Below, in pieces: positions 29,281-44,826 of a stretch of DNA of 64,000 nt. This stretch comes from Eledone cirrhosa. Lineage: Eukaryota. The translations under genes and the position numbers were made by a program. A model generated the notes under the pieces. The model did no database searches. It worked only from the letters and a program-made list of their open reading frames with translations, and had not been told where the DNA came from. The DNA is taken from positions 32,426,001-32,490,000 of the forward strand of contig OZ024751.1 of the NCBI GenBank assembly GCA_964016885.1, given 5' to 3'. Position 1 is the stretch's first letter. Every line of letters starts with the position of its first letter.

Positions 29281-29455
29281 TGAAACAAAATGAAAACGAA
29301 ATTTCATTTCTCACTCTTAGTATGGCACTTACTTAAATGTAAGTATGCATGTATATATGTATGCATATGTATATATATGTGTATATATATATGTATATAT
29401 ATATGTATATATATATGTATATATATGTGTATGTATATATGTATGCATATGTATA

Positions 29456-29486
<31 letters not shown>

Positions 29487-29551
29487 GTATATGTGCATGC
29501 TACTGTACGTCTGTATACATATATGTATGTACGTATACATGCATACTTACA

Positions 29552-31862
<2,311 letters not shown>

Positions 31863-31864
<2 letters not shown>

Positions 31865-32730
31865 TAGTTTTGCGAGGTTTTTTATATGAAATCGTGTGTC
31901 GAAACAGATATTGTTATATTTGGGGAGGGTCATATTTGCGTAATATTGCCAGAATTAATAACAGAACACACTCACTGTTTGGGGGGAACTAAAAGGACGA
32001 AAAAACGGGTCAGTACTATACGAACATGCTAGACAACATCATGACGGTAACATAGACAACATAGAAATTAGAATAATATCTAAACATAGGAATGACCCAG
32101 CAGATAGGCAAATCAGAGAGGCCAGTGAAATAGAAATTAGAAGACCAAAGCTAAACAGAAAGAATGAGTGGAACAACAACAACACCCAAACAAACAACAC
32201 TGACCTAAGAGAAGTATAAATAAATAAGTAAATTAAATTAAATAAAATAAGATAAATAAATACATACACAAGCACATAAACACACACTAGTCACCCAGCA
32301 GACACAACACTATACACACTAGTCACACATCACACACGCAAACGCATGCGCAAAGAAGACAAAATAAAATAAGATAAACAAACAAGCAAACAAATAAATA
32401 AATATATAGACAGACTGAACAAAAAAAAAAATGGCGTAGACATACAACACAACAGGAGGAACAATGAATATAACACCACTGACGATGTTGCAGATGTGCA
32501 ACGAAAGATTTATGTAAACTATATATATATGTGTTTGTCTATATTGTATCTGTATTATTTTATTTTTGACCGCCGGTCAGTCAATGGCAACATTGAGGAC
32601 CGAGTAAGTTAGATCGCAGATATATATATATAAAAGACAGCGAGAAGCGAAAACCAACCAAACAGTGAGTGTGTTCTGTTATTAATTCTGGCAATATTAC
32701 GCAAATATGACCCTCCCCAAATATAACAAT
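31863..32730 (+). mobile_element. 5'-truncated Penelope-like element with an inverted 5' pLTR segment
   Basis: ~31996-32218 encodes GSVLYEHARQHHDGNIDNIEIRIISKHRNDPADRQIREASEIEIRRPKLNRKNEW (GIY-YIG C-terminus, like 12101-12313); 31910-31982 is the reverse complement of 32658-32730. Confidence 0.8.
32475..32516 (+). ncRNA. Minimal type-I hammerhead ribozyme (weak stem I)
   Basis: CTGACGA-t-gttgca gatg tgcaac-GAAA-gatt-TA; same position relative to the ORF as the 11857 ribozyme. Confidence 0.65.
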
Positions 32731-32742
32731 ATATATAAATAT

Positions 32743-32863
<121 letters not shown>

Positions 32864-32920
32864 AATATATATAAATATATATATATGTATAAATATGTAT
32901 ATATATATATATAAATATGT

Positions 32921-33263
<343 letters not shown>

Positions 33264-33303
33264 TATATATATATATATATACATATTTATATATATATAT
33301 ATA

Positions 33304-33571
33304 AACCTCTCCAAATGAAGTTGATGTTTATTACGGTATGTCGAATATATTTATCTATAAAACTGTTTATATTGTATTTTGTCTGATGAAGGCATAGCAT
33401 ATTGTTAATATGATATCCCCGAAATATATATAATGAAATAAATATGGTTTTATAAATATAGTTTTCCATTTATTTAATATTGTAAATATACTCCAAATAT
33501 TTGTCGAGTGCTTTTATATCAGTTATAAATATTTACTAGTTGTAACCCAACAATTTTAAATATAACTTTAC
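33304..33571 (+). mobile_element. Short non-coding hammerhead-bearing element (second copy)
   Basis: Near-identical to 16298-16567; lies between (TA)n tracts. Confidence 0.8.
33375..33440 (+). ncRNA. Minimal type-I hammerhead ribozyme
   Basis: Same core as 16369-16434. Confidence 0.75.
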
Positions 33572-33630
<59 letters not shown>

Positions 33631-33814
33631 TGTATATATATACATATATATATATATATATAATATATATATATATATAATATATATATATGTATATATA
33701 TACATATATATACATATATATAATATATATATATATAATATATATATATATAATATATATATATAATAAGGAAAGTATATACTTTCGAACGTTCAACTAT
33801 CTGGCAGATGGGTA

Positions 33815-33859
33815 AACGGTGCTGATGATAGCTAACAAGCTTGAAACTAGTACATCGTT
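33815..33859 (+). ncRNA. Minimal type-I hammerhead ribozyme
   Basis: aacggtg-CTGATGA-tagctaacaagctt-GAAA-ctag-TA-catcgtt; 7-bp stem I; palindromic ACTAGT stem III; GUA triplet. Confidence 0.8.
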
Positions 33860-34014
33860 CCTGTGTCAGTGTTGAACAAAAAGGTGACGTGGTTGCCTTA
33901 ACACCGTATGGCATAAATTCAGGCTGTTCAGTTTGTTGACAAACGAACAAAGCGGCGTTATAATAAGCGTCCGCTAAACTGATGCGTGCATATATGTATG
34001 TGTACCTCTATGTA

Positions 34015-34128
<114 letters not shown>

Positions 34129-34317
34129 TGCTACTGTACGTCTGTATACATATATGTATGTACGTATACATACATACTTATATATATATATATTGAGTAT
34201 ATGTTTCTAGTTCCTCAGAGAGATAACAACACAATCAGGAGCTGGACATATGGATGTATTGACGGAGTAAAACACACTTCAACCACATGTGTACCTGTCT
34301 TTCCCACACCAATTCGG

Positions 34318-34372
34318 ACAGCCTGAAGAGGTCACAGCCAATGATGTCTGTCACCGAAATATACATAGCAGT
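34318..34372 (+). ncRNA. Minimal type-I hammerhead ribozyme (degenerate)
   Basis: acagc-CTGAAGA-ggt...acc-GAAA-tataca-TA-gcagt. Confidence 0.6.
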
Positions 34373-34423
34373 ATATCTATAATATATAATAATCGAAGCC
34401 AAATTTTACATATTTGACTTAAG

Positions 34424-34488
<65 letters not shown>

Positions 34489-34528
34489 CCCACACACACA
34501 CATATATATATAAAAGAATTTGACTTAC

Positions 34529-34720
34529 CGGCATCCTTGACGTCTAAGGTGATATTAACTACACGGTTATTGAACGCCTTCTTAAGTCCAGCACCTTTGG
34601 CAAGGACCTTGCTGGCGTCACCACGCAGTTTCTTGGTGGTCACATGACCGATCTTTTTATCAACAGTTTCAATGACCAGTGTACTTGTTTCAGTGAATGG
34701 GCAGGGTTTGTGACCAGCAC
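34529..34720 (-). CDS. FLN: Filamin exon (hinge 2 and start of the last Ig repeat)
   Basis: ttaacag acceptor, gtaagt donor, 192 nt, phase 1-1: (G)AGHKPCPFTETSTLVIETVDKKIGHVTTKKLRGDASKVLAKGAGLKKAFNNRVVNITLDVKDA(G). Confidence 0.93.
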
Positions 34721-34789
34721 CTGTTAAACGAAGAATGGAAGTGATTGGAAAAGTTAGTCAGAAGCTCATTCATATCATTATTATTTTAT

Positions 34790-35854
34790 TTTCTTTCATT
34801 ATTGTTTCTGAGATATATGCCGAGTGTCTTCCTGACACCTGGGGCAAATAAATTCACAGTGTGCATTGGTAAGCCAGTTAATACAGCACATTGATTATAA
34901 TAAAAAAAAAACAGTATACATATATACACATGTGCACATGTGCATATGTAAATACAAGGAGGGTTATCAATCTTACAGAGATAGTGCTCTTCTCAATACG
35001 TGTGCAATACCAGTCAAAACAATTTTTTGCACCTCGTGCAGAGAGGGTAAACCAGGAATCATTCGCAAATATTGTTCTGTTCCTTTCTTGATCATTCCCA
35101 GTGCTTCCACAATCCCTGGTATTGTAACGGCCTTGATGGATGCCACATTTTCTCAATTTCAATAAGCAGATCTTTATATTTTTCGTAGCTTCTCAAATCT
35201 TTTGCCGCGATATTGTGATCACATCGGATGGTCATATCTATCAACAAACAGACCTTGTTATGTTGATCTTTTATAATGATGTCAGGTCTATTTGCTATTA
35301 TGGTACTGTCAGTATGTACAGGAAAGTCCCAGAGAATTGTTACTTTTTCTCCTTCAGTAACAGCCTCAGGGTGATGGTTGTACCACTTGTCTTCAGCTTT
35401 GATTTTGTAATGCCGACATATTACCCAGTGTAGATATTGGCCAACTCTGTCATGTCTATATTTGTATTCTACTGGTCCTAAAACTTTACATCTAGAGACT
35501 AAGTAATCCACTGTTTCAACCCCAGCATTGCAGAATCGGCACTTTGGGTTTATTCCGTTTCTCATCACATTGGCTTGGTAATTACGAGTCAATAAGCTTT
35601 GGTCTTGGTCAGTCCGCCTTTAGCCCTGAACTACGTAGCCACTGATGGGTGTGCTTTTGGTCAACATCAGCTTGTTTGCTACGGACCACATATTTGCCAT
35701 GCAGAGGTTTCTGCTCCCAGTTTGATGCTAATTGTCCTCGCCCTTTTGCTTTTGCCAGTGATTTTATGTGCCTAGCAGCATCAGTTGCAGCAGTTTCTTT
35801 AGTCTGTCCAACCTGGGTATCAAGCATGAGATCAGTAGCATATTTTTTGCTCTC

Positions 35855-35857
<3 letters not shown>
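34790..35857 (-). mobile_element. 3' fragment of an R4/Dong-like non-LTR element (REL endonuclease)
   Basis: KPLHGKY, QWLRSSGLK, CRFC..ETVDYLVSRC, RHDRVG, LWDFPVHTD..NRPDIII, LLIDM; abuts (ATT)n at 35858. Confidence 0.85.
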
Positions 35858-35890
<33 letters not shown>

Positions 35891-36455
35891 GTTATTGGGT
35901 AGAGGTTTGGAGAAATGTCTTGTGATATTTGTTCAGGCTCTTTGCATTCTGGGGTCAAATCCCACTGAGGTTAACTAGGCATGTTTGTTATCTTTCCAAT
36001 GTTGTTAGTGTCCTGGTGTCACTTAATCGATGAACTCTTGAAAATCTCTAGTGTTAATTTCGGCTATTTTCTTACTTTGTTCGAATATCGCCGAGTTACA
36101 GCTCTTTACGTTCTGATTTCAAATCCCGCCGCCGAGGTTAGCTTTCCGTGATTGATAGAATACATTACCGTTAAGTACTGGGGTTGATATAATCGACGTT
36201 TCTTTCGCACAAATTGCTGGCCTTATGCCAAATATAACAACAATTATTATTAATCTTATATTCAATGAGGTTAACTTTGCTTGTTATCCTTCAAGTCCCA
36301 TTGTGACCAATTAAAAAAATTATTACAGAGAATTTTCCGACGCTACACAGTATTTCTTCTAAACATCAACATGAATGGACCTATTATTTTTATCTAAAGA
36401 CATTTTTTCCAATTCCATCCTGCCTGCCCCCTTAATCTATTTTATTTCTCATTCT

Positions 36456-36491
36456 TCTTCTGACGAAGGACTAGCGTCCGAAACGTTAAGA
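36456..36491 (+). ncRNA. Minimal type-I hammerhead ribozyme
   Basis: tctt-CTGACGA-a-gga ctagcg tcc-GAAA-cg-TT-aaga; palindromic AACGTT; a truncated inverted copy lies at ~15098-15147. Confidence 0.75.
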
Positions 36492-36524
36492 CCCTCTTCC
36501 TGCTATATCAAGCGTTAACCTTTT

Positions 36525-36562
<38 letters not shown>

Positions 36563-36896
36563 GTGTGTGTGTGTGAGTGTGTGTGTGTGTGTCTGTGCAT
36601 GAGTGTGTATGTATTGAAAACAATATACAACATAAAACAAATATAGATATATCACAAAATGATTTCATTAAACCTTCCATATTGTTCTAGATTGTTTGTT
36701 ATGAACAGAATCGCGTCCAAACGAAGCAAGATAAATATAATAATAAACAAAGATATGAACACAAACAAATAAATAAATAAATAAATAAGAAAATAGAATA
36801 ATGACAAAAGAAAGAGAAGAGACGGTGTTGATATTTCATGTTGATATTTCATATAAGAAGCCATATATGTTAATGTAATAATAATAATAATAATAA

Positions 36897-37080
36897 TTGT
36901 TTCTACGTTAGGCACAAGGCCAGCAATTATCCAGTGTATTACTGGTACTTTATTGTATCGACCCCGTAAGGATGAAAGGCAAAGTTAACCTCGGCGGGAT
37001 TTGAACTCAGAATAGCAAGGGCCGTATCTCTATGCGCCAAAGCATGGCGTCCGACTCTCTACCAATAATGCCAATCCACA
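36897..37080 (-). mobile_element. tRNA-derived Nin-domain SINE
   Basis: Complete copy like 7001-7180, within (AAT)n. Confidence 0.85.
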
Positions 37081-37475
37081 ATAATAATAATAATAATATT
37101 GGCCACTGGGGTCTAAACACAAAGGACAAATTCAAATGGACAGGGACATTAAGGATCTACATAGATCAAATAAACAGGTAAAAACAACCAGGTACCAAAC
37201 GCAAATTCTTTGTCAAATAACCCCCATTCTCGAGAACATCATCACTACAATGCACACACACTCAGACTTTCAATGAAACCGTAGTAAGTACGTTTGTATG
37301 TATGTATGTATATATGTATATATGTATGTATATATGTATGTATATATGTATGTATATATATGTATGTATTTATGTATGTATATATGTATATATGTATGTA
37401 ATTATGTATGTATTTATGTATGTATGTACGTTTGTATTTATGTATGTATGTATGTATATATGTATGTATATATCA

Positions 37476-37864
37476 TCCGGGAGGGATGACCCCTTAGCCT
37501 TTGTCAAGGCAGAATTCTAGGAGAAGGAAAACTCTGATATAACACCTGCAACCCTGATGGTATCCAATGATGTTGACTTGTTCTTCTTTTTGGTAAATAT
37601 CATTTTGGTTAAGAGAGTGGGACTGGCTTATAAAAGCTTCACGGCACAGGCATTGCTTTATATCTGGAGATCTCTCTGCACTTGTCGTCACATGGTACCA
37701 TTGGCCCAGCACTATGTGTCAATAATTGTCACAAGTGTAGTGTTTGTACCAGAGTTTAAGTCGCTGGCTGGACTAAAAAGTCACACTCGTTCAGTGCATC
37801 GGTAGGAGTTCTCCTACATGGATATAAAGTAGTGGCCGTACTCGAAAACGAGTTGGCAGCCACC
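37476..37864 (+). mobile_element. Non-autonomous retroposon with (ATGT)n tail, copy 1
   Basis: Near-identical to the 40843, 41381 and 56526 copies; constant end ...cgagttggcagccacc(ATGT)n, variable opposite end. Confidence 0.8.
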
Positions 37865-37884
37865 ATGTATATATGTATGTATGT

Positions 37885-40815
37885 AAGTTTGTATTGTAAT
37901 CTCTTTCTCTTAATTTCGAGTATATTTTTTTGACCGGCCACCTTCCTGGTGGCAAGGTTGTAAAAGAAAAGAAATTGTCATCCCTTGAATCGCAAGAATG
38001 TTTTGCAAATTTTTAAGGTGCCAGCTATCGCAGCCATTTGTTGACTATGAATTAGGGACCTGCGCTTTTTGTCCGCAAATCCAAGTTCAGTCATACTTTG
38101 GTCCAAGCGGGTTGGTATATAACCCGTAGCTCCAATAATGATGGGTATGAAGCTAAAGGTGTATCTTGGATACTGGATATGTAAACTCCTCATCAATGGT
38201 CCGTAGATGTCCTCCTTCTCCTGTATTTTTCTGACAACGTTTACATCAAGTGGGCAGCTGATCTCCACAACAGAACACGTTTTCAATGTGTGGTCCCAAA
38301 CAATAATATCAGGCTGGTTGTGCTTTAATTTGGTGGCAGTTTTTATTTTCAGGTTCCACCAGTATTCCTTAGTGCCATCTGTCTCAATATATTCTTCCTC
38401 GTTTGTTGTTAATTTTGTTTTCGGAAGTGCGTTCCAGATGGTTCTAGCTATCCCATCGTGTCTCATGGGGAGGTAGTAGCGAGATGACATTCTTTCGCAG
38501 CTGGCAACAATGTGGCTTACATCCTCGATCTTTGTTTTACATAGCCTACATTTATTGTCAGCTGCTGGCCCTCCTCTTTTGTGCAGCAGATATTTGGTAG
38601 GGAGTTCTTGTTCCTGTATTGCATAGAGATATCCCTCAAGGTGTGATGTCATAAACTTGTCGGAACTCCATGCCAGGCTTTTTGAGTGGTTTATCCCCTC
38701 TATGGTCTGTATTTTACGCCTCAAGTATCCATGCACAACTTTTTCTGTAAATTGGTCAATATTTTTATCTTGTTTGAACATTGAATAGGATCTTCCGATT
38801 TCTCTGGGTGAGAGATTTATATCAGGCTTTATTTCATATCTCTCCTCCAGATCAGTCGCTATTCTAATGATATTTTTTTTTTCATGCTCATAAACCTGGG
38901 CAAGATGGTTGCCAACCTTTTTCCTCTGTTGAAGGTGTTGCTTCAGTGTTACTATCCGGGTCTCATATGTTGTTAATATTGATTTTAGACCCCGGCCACC
39001 TTCCTTGCGGGAGAAGTATAGCCTATCCACATCACCATTGATGTTAAAGTTCCCAGTAACACTGAGAAGTTTTCGAGTTCTAACATCCATCTCACTTAGT
39101 TCTTGCAATGACCAGTTCAGCAGGCCAAATGTTGGCGTTAGAATTGGCACAGCATAAGTATTGTGGGCAATGTATTTGTTGTACGCTGACAATTCTGATG
39201 ACCATATTTTCTTTACTCTTCTGAGGTATTCAGTTCTGGTTCTCCCCTTATTTATGGGTCCATCATATCTGACATTCTCATTCTGTCCAAGATATCTGTA
39301 GTTGTCACCTGACTGTAGAGGTTGTATTGTCAGGCCGTTCATCTCTAGATTTCTAGAGGAGGGCACAGCTCTTCCACGTTTTACTGCCAAATATGCACAC
39401 TTGGACTCACCAAATTTCATTTTGATGTCGGTTGAAAATTGTGTAATGAGGTCCAATTGTTTCTTGATGTTATTGATATTTGGCCCATACAACTTCAGGT
39501 CATCAACAAAGAAAAGATGGGAGATACTTCTGGGCCCACTTCTTTGTCCACCTTGTTTCCTGAGTAGGTAAGATAGTGGATTCAGTGAGAGAACGAAGAG
39601 TAGCACTGACAAGCTATCACCCTGAAAGATGCCCTTCTGGTAATGTATCGTATCAGTCTTAACTTGCTCCTTCTCACCTCTAAGGATCAAATTGGTGTAC
39701 CAGTTCTTGGTCAGGCGTTCAACAGCAGCTACCAATGGTTGTGGGATTTTAGCTAACTGTAAAGCCTTAATAATCCACCCATGAGGTGCACTATCAAATG
39801 CTTTTTGATAGTCCAGCCACACCACAGTCATGTTTCTGCGATTCTTTGTTGTTTTTCCTGAATCATTTTGTTAGTAGGTGATCTATGTAACCCCACACCT
39901 CCCTCTTTACCCCAGCTTGCTCAGGTGTTATGATGTTGTTGGTAGCACAGTGATCCTGTAAGAACAGGTTAAGGCACCCAGTATATAATTTATACATGAT
40001 GTTTTGGCAGGCTATTGGGCGGTAATCTTTAGCAAGGGTGGTTTGGCTATTTTGGGGAATGAGGAGAGTAGTGGCAGTTGATAACCATCTGGGTAGTTCT
40101 TGTGTGCCTTTAATGGTTTCTGTAAACAGCCGTATGAGATTTTGCCGATAGAAAGTGAAATTCTTCAACCAGTATCCTGTAATGAGGTCTGGGCCTGGCG
40201 ATTTCCTATTCGACATTTTCTGTAGAGCTGTTTCCAGTATTGACCCATCTATGTCATATTGTTTTATCTGGACATGTTGGCAGTAGTCCTGTTCCAGTTC
40301 TTTTAGCCAATTAGCTTGTCTGTTGAATCCGTCATCCGTTTCTCATACAGATCTCCAGTAGCTCTCAACCTGTTCTTTTGAAGGGGTGTCGTTTACAGGG
40401 ATTGAGCTTTTGCCACCGAAGCTGCGATAAACTGATTTAGGATCTCTGGCAACAATATATTTAGCACTTGTCGTTTATGTGCTGTTGACTTATATTTTAG
40501 TCTTTCTGTTGTAGCTGTGAGTTGTTATTTCAACTGGTGTAATTTGGAGTTCAAAGTTTTTAATTTTGTATCTCCAAATCGTCTCTCTAACTTTTTCTTT
40601 AGGTCTTCCTGGTGTCGTGTGAAGTTGCTCTCTATGTTGCATTTCATAACGACTGCGATGTGTGAGATACTTCGTCTCAGGGACAAAATTTTGTTTTTTT
40701 AAATTTCGCATCCACGCTGGTTCAGGCTTTCTGTTCGTATCTTGATTGCGTGGTTTTAGATGTGTGTTATATGATAGCAATGTGACAGCTGAAACATATA
40801 ACAAAACATTAAGCG
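37885..40815 (-). mobile_element. 5'-truncated R4/Dong-like non-LTR retrotransposon (RT, CCHC, REL endonuclease)
   Basis: KSPGPD, YRPIAC, WLDYQKAFDS, GIFQGDSLS, HLFFVDDLKLY, GGRGL, CRLC..EDVSHIVASC, RHD, NQPDIIVWD..VVEISCP; 617-aa open stretch at 37978-39831; (TATG)n on both sides. Confidence 0.92.
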
Positions 40816-40842
40816 TATTTATGTATGTATGTATGTATGTAT

Positions 40843-41242
40843 GACCCCTTAGCCTTTGTCAAGGCAGAATTCTAGGAGAAGGAAAACTCTGATATAACAC
40901 CTGCAGGCCTGATGGTATCCAATGATGTTGACTTGTTCTTCTTTTTGGTAAATATCATCTTGGTTAAGAGAGTGGGACTGGCTTTGTGCAGTGCCTTTGA
41001 TCACTATAAAAGCTTCACGGCACAGGCATTGCTTTATATCTGGAGAACTCTCTGCATTTGTCGTCACATGGAACCATGGGCCCAGCACTATATGTCAATA
41101 ATTGTTACAAGTGTACTGTTTGTACCAGAGTTTTCAAGTCGCTGGCTGGACTAAAAGGTCACACTCGTTAAGCGCATTGGTAGGGGTTCTCCGACATAGA
41201 TATAAAGTAGTGGCCGTACTCGAAAACGAGTTGGCAGCCGCC
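40843..41242 (+). mobile_element. Non-autonomous retroposon with (ATGT)n tail, copy 2
   Basis: As copy 1. Confidence 0.8.
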
Positions 41243-41380
41243 ATGTATGTATGTATGTATGTATGTATGTATGTATGTATGTATGTATGTATGTATGTAT
41301 GTATGTATGTACGTATGTACGTTTGTATGTATGTATATATGTATGTATTTATGTATGTATGAATGTATGTATGTATGTAT

Positions 41381-41962
41381 GTAACATGTATCCCAGTACA
41401 ACTGTCTCATGGTCGGGACGTTGGCGACTAAACTGGCAACCCCACCAAGGTTTCTTGGTGAGGAGGGTGACTTTGGACATCCTGCAGGACTAAAAACAAA
41501 ACCTGTCAAAGGGCAAAGGAGCTCTTAAGAGTCAATGGCCATCCAAAATCACCGGGAGCGATGACCCCTTAGCCTTTGTCAAGGCAGAATTCTAGGAGAA
41601 GGAAAACTCTGATATAACACCTGCAACCCTGATGGTATCCAATGATGTTGATTTGTTCTTCTTTTTGGTAAATATCATCTTGGTTAAGAGAGTGGGACTG
41701 GCTTTGTGCAGTGCCTTTGATCACTATAAAAGCTTCACGGCACAGGCATTGCTTTATATCTGGAGATCTCTCTGCACTTGTCGTCACATGGTACCATGGG
41801 CCCAGCACTATGTGTCAATAATTGTCACAAGTGTAGTGTTTGTACCAGAGTTTTCAAGTCGCTGGCTGGACTAAAAAGTCACACTTGTTCAGCGCATCGG
41901 TTGAGGTTCTCCTACATGGATATAAAGTAGTGGCCGTACTCGAAAACGAGTTGGCAGCCACC
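41381..41962 (+). mobile_element. Non-autonomous retroposon with (ATGT)n tail, copy 3
   Basis: As copy 1 with a longer 5' end; a diverged relative follows at ~42061-42335 (ctaggagaaggcaag). Confidence 0.8.
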
Positions 41963-42752
41963 ATGTATGTATGTATGTATGTATGTATGTATGTATGTAT
42001 GTATGTATGTATGTATGTATGTATGTATGTATGTATGTATGTATGTATGTATGTATGTATGGGGACATATAAATAATCGGGCTGGATACCCGATCTCGCG
42101 GTTAAACCACTGACAGTTAAGGACCCCTAGCCTCTGTCAGAGCATTCCTCTAGGAGAAGGCAAGTCAGGGAACTGGGATAACTCCGACATAAAACCTGCG
42201 GTTCAATAGTTACCGATGATCTTGATCTTTTCTACTTTTCAGGTTATAGCTACTGTCGCTCTGTGCACGGTCTTTCCTCACTTTAAATTCGCTCATTGCA
42301 CACATTTTTACCAATAGAGAGTGAGTAGGCTTCTATCATAGGCACAATACTCTCTCATTGGAATAGGTAGATATGTATGCATGTTTGCCTGCATGCGTGT
42401 ATGTGCATATAAGGATGTTATTGTATGTGTGGATGTGGATATTTTGAGTTATATGTATATATGTATATATGTATGTATGTACATACATACATACATACAT
42501 ACATACATACATACATACATACATACATACATACATACGTACGTACGTACAAACATACATACGTACTATGTTTAATTGAATGTCTGAGTGTTTACCTAAA
42601 TCAGAAATAACGTTCTAATGAGGCCGTTTATAAAATGTACGCCGGCTTACTTCGAACTTCCGTGTTTACATGCCAAGGATATTTGCTTCACTAGAAGCAA
42701 GAATACATTCATGCATACATACATACATACATACATACATACATACATACAT

Positions 42753-42830
<78 letters not shown>

Positions 42831-42839
42831 TTTACTACA

Positions 42840-43860
42840 GTTAATTATTATGATATTATGACAGTAACAAGTCTAACAACGTACATCACATTCTCAGCAT
42901 AATCATCGCCCGAAAATAAAATACAACAGAAATAGCACAACTCAGAATGACCATTGGACATTATTTCATGAGCTAAACAATACATACTTAATACTACTAC
43001 TGCCTGACATTTAACAACCTATCATTAGGCCCCCGAATTATCACCTAGTAAGATGACACAACTCCCTTAAGACATCCTTTATATAATTACCACTAATTAC
43101 CACAACACAACACACACTCCTTGCAATCAACACCTAATAAATTAACAAAATGAAACCTGGACATTATAACATCAACAACTCACATTATGCATCATTGTCA
43201 GTCATTAATGTAACACTAACTCTACACAAGAGTTTCCCACACTTTCTCAATCAACTGCCAGTTTTAAGAAAATATATTACTTAAACACCTGCCCCCCCAC
43301 CCCACCCTGTAAAGCTGATAAAAAATCATTCATTGAAAATTTTATATAAATGTTATAATAGTATTCATTGGGTAGCTATAAGTGACAGCTTTATGAATAT
43401 CAAATAAGGTATATATTTTATAGTTTTCCTCCCTCACCAATCATTGTCTTCATACAATTCCCTTCATACAATTCCAGGGCCCCTCTTAATTATTCTGGTG
43501 AATTCAAAACTCAACCGCCGTCACATAATAAAGCATACGATACCAATAACACAACACATATGAAATATAAACATCATAAAAGCAAAGAACATAATTCACA
43601 TTGCACACATACTCTATTAAAACAAAAAAGAGAAATCAGGGTAATGACACCAGAAACAACAACGAAACAACATCCCATTCAAACAATTCAAAACAGATGT
43701 AGTATGCTGGATCAGTCCTAGACACCCCATCAAACTCAATACTACACACACCTTAGGAACAAAGAGGTGCAACCTGTGTTGCAGTAGAAAAACTAGTAAA
43801 AATATAATGGCAACAATAACATTTTTGATAAAAATAAAAATAATAATATAGCAACTAATA
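42840..43860 (+). mobile_element. Highly decayed Naiad-like Penelope remnant
   Basis: ggaacaaagaggtgcaacctgtgt = GTKRCNLC followed by an EK-like motif, matching the C-terminal CNLC of the 5217-7690 ORF; boundaries uncertain. Confidence 0.4.
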
Positions 43861-43937
43861 TAAATAATAGCAAAAGATATAAATAACATAATAATAGTAA
43901 TAATAATAATAATAATAACAATAACAATAACAATAAC

Positions 43938-43972
<35 letters not shown>

Positions 43973-44168
43973 CAATAATAATAACAATAATAATAGTAAA
44001 CATAATGTACATTAAAAGCAACAAAACTGAAGAAATGACAAAAACAAATAAACAAAATGAACAAAACAACAAAATAAAGAGAAGATATGAAAGTTTAATG
44101 TGAATATTCTCTTATATAGAGTTTGCAAGCAACAATGCATTGTCTTATATACATCCATACATAGAACC

Positions 44169-44205
<37 letters not shown>

Positions 44206-44668
44206 CATATATATATACACACATATATATATACATATATAAATACATGCGTGTGCATATATATATATATATATACATATATATATGTGTGTATATATAT
44301 GCGTGGGCGTATATATATATGTATATACATACATATATATTTTTTGTTTGTATATATATATATACATATATATATGTATAACTCTCATGATGCAGTGTAT
44401 TATATACATACCATAAATATAATATAACATAGCATAACAGCATAACATGGCATAACATAATTTAACATATCATATCATAACATACATATATACGTACACA
44501 CACCCATATATATATACATATGTATATATACATATGTATATATATATGTACATATACATATGTATATATATACATATATATATACATATGTATATATATA
44601 CATATATATATACATATGTATATATATACATATATATATACATATGTATATATATACATATATATGTA

Positions 44669-44775
<107 letters not shown>

Positions 44776-44793
44776 ATATATACATATATATAC

Positions 44794-44826
<33 letters not shown>

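Noticed and set aside
40849-41154. Recurrent ~80-aa ORFs on both strands, also at 37494, 41569 and 56614
   Set aside because: They recur only because the repeat is multicopy; no protein motifs, and copy 1 has a deletion
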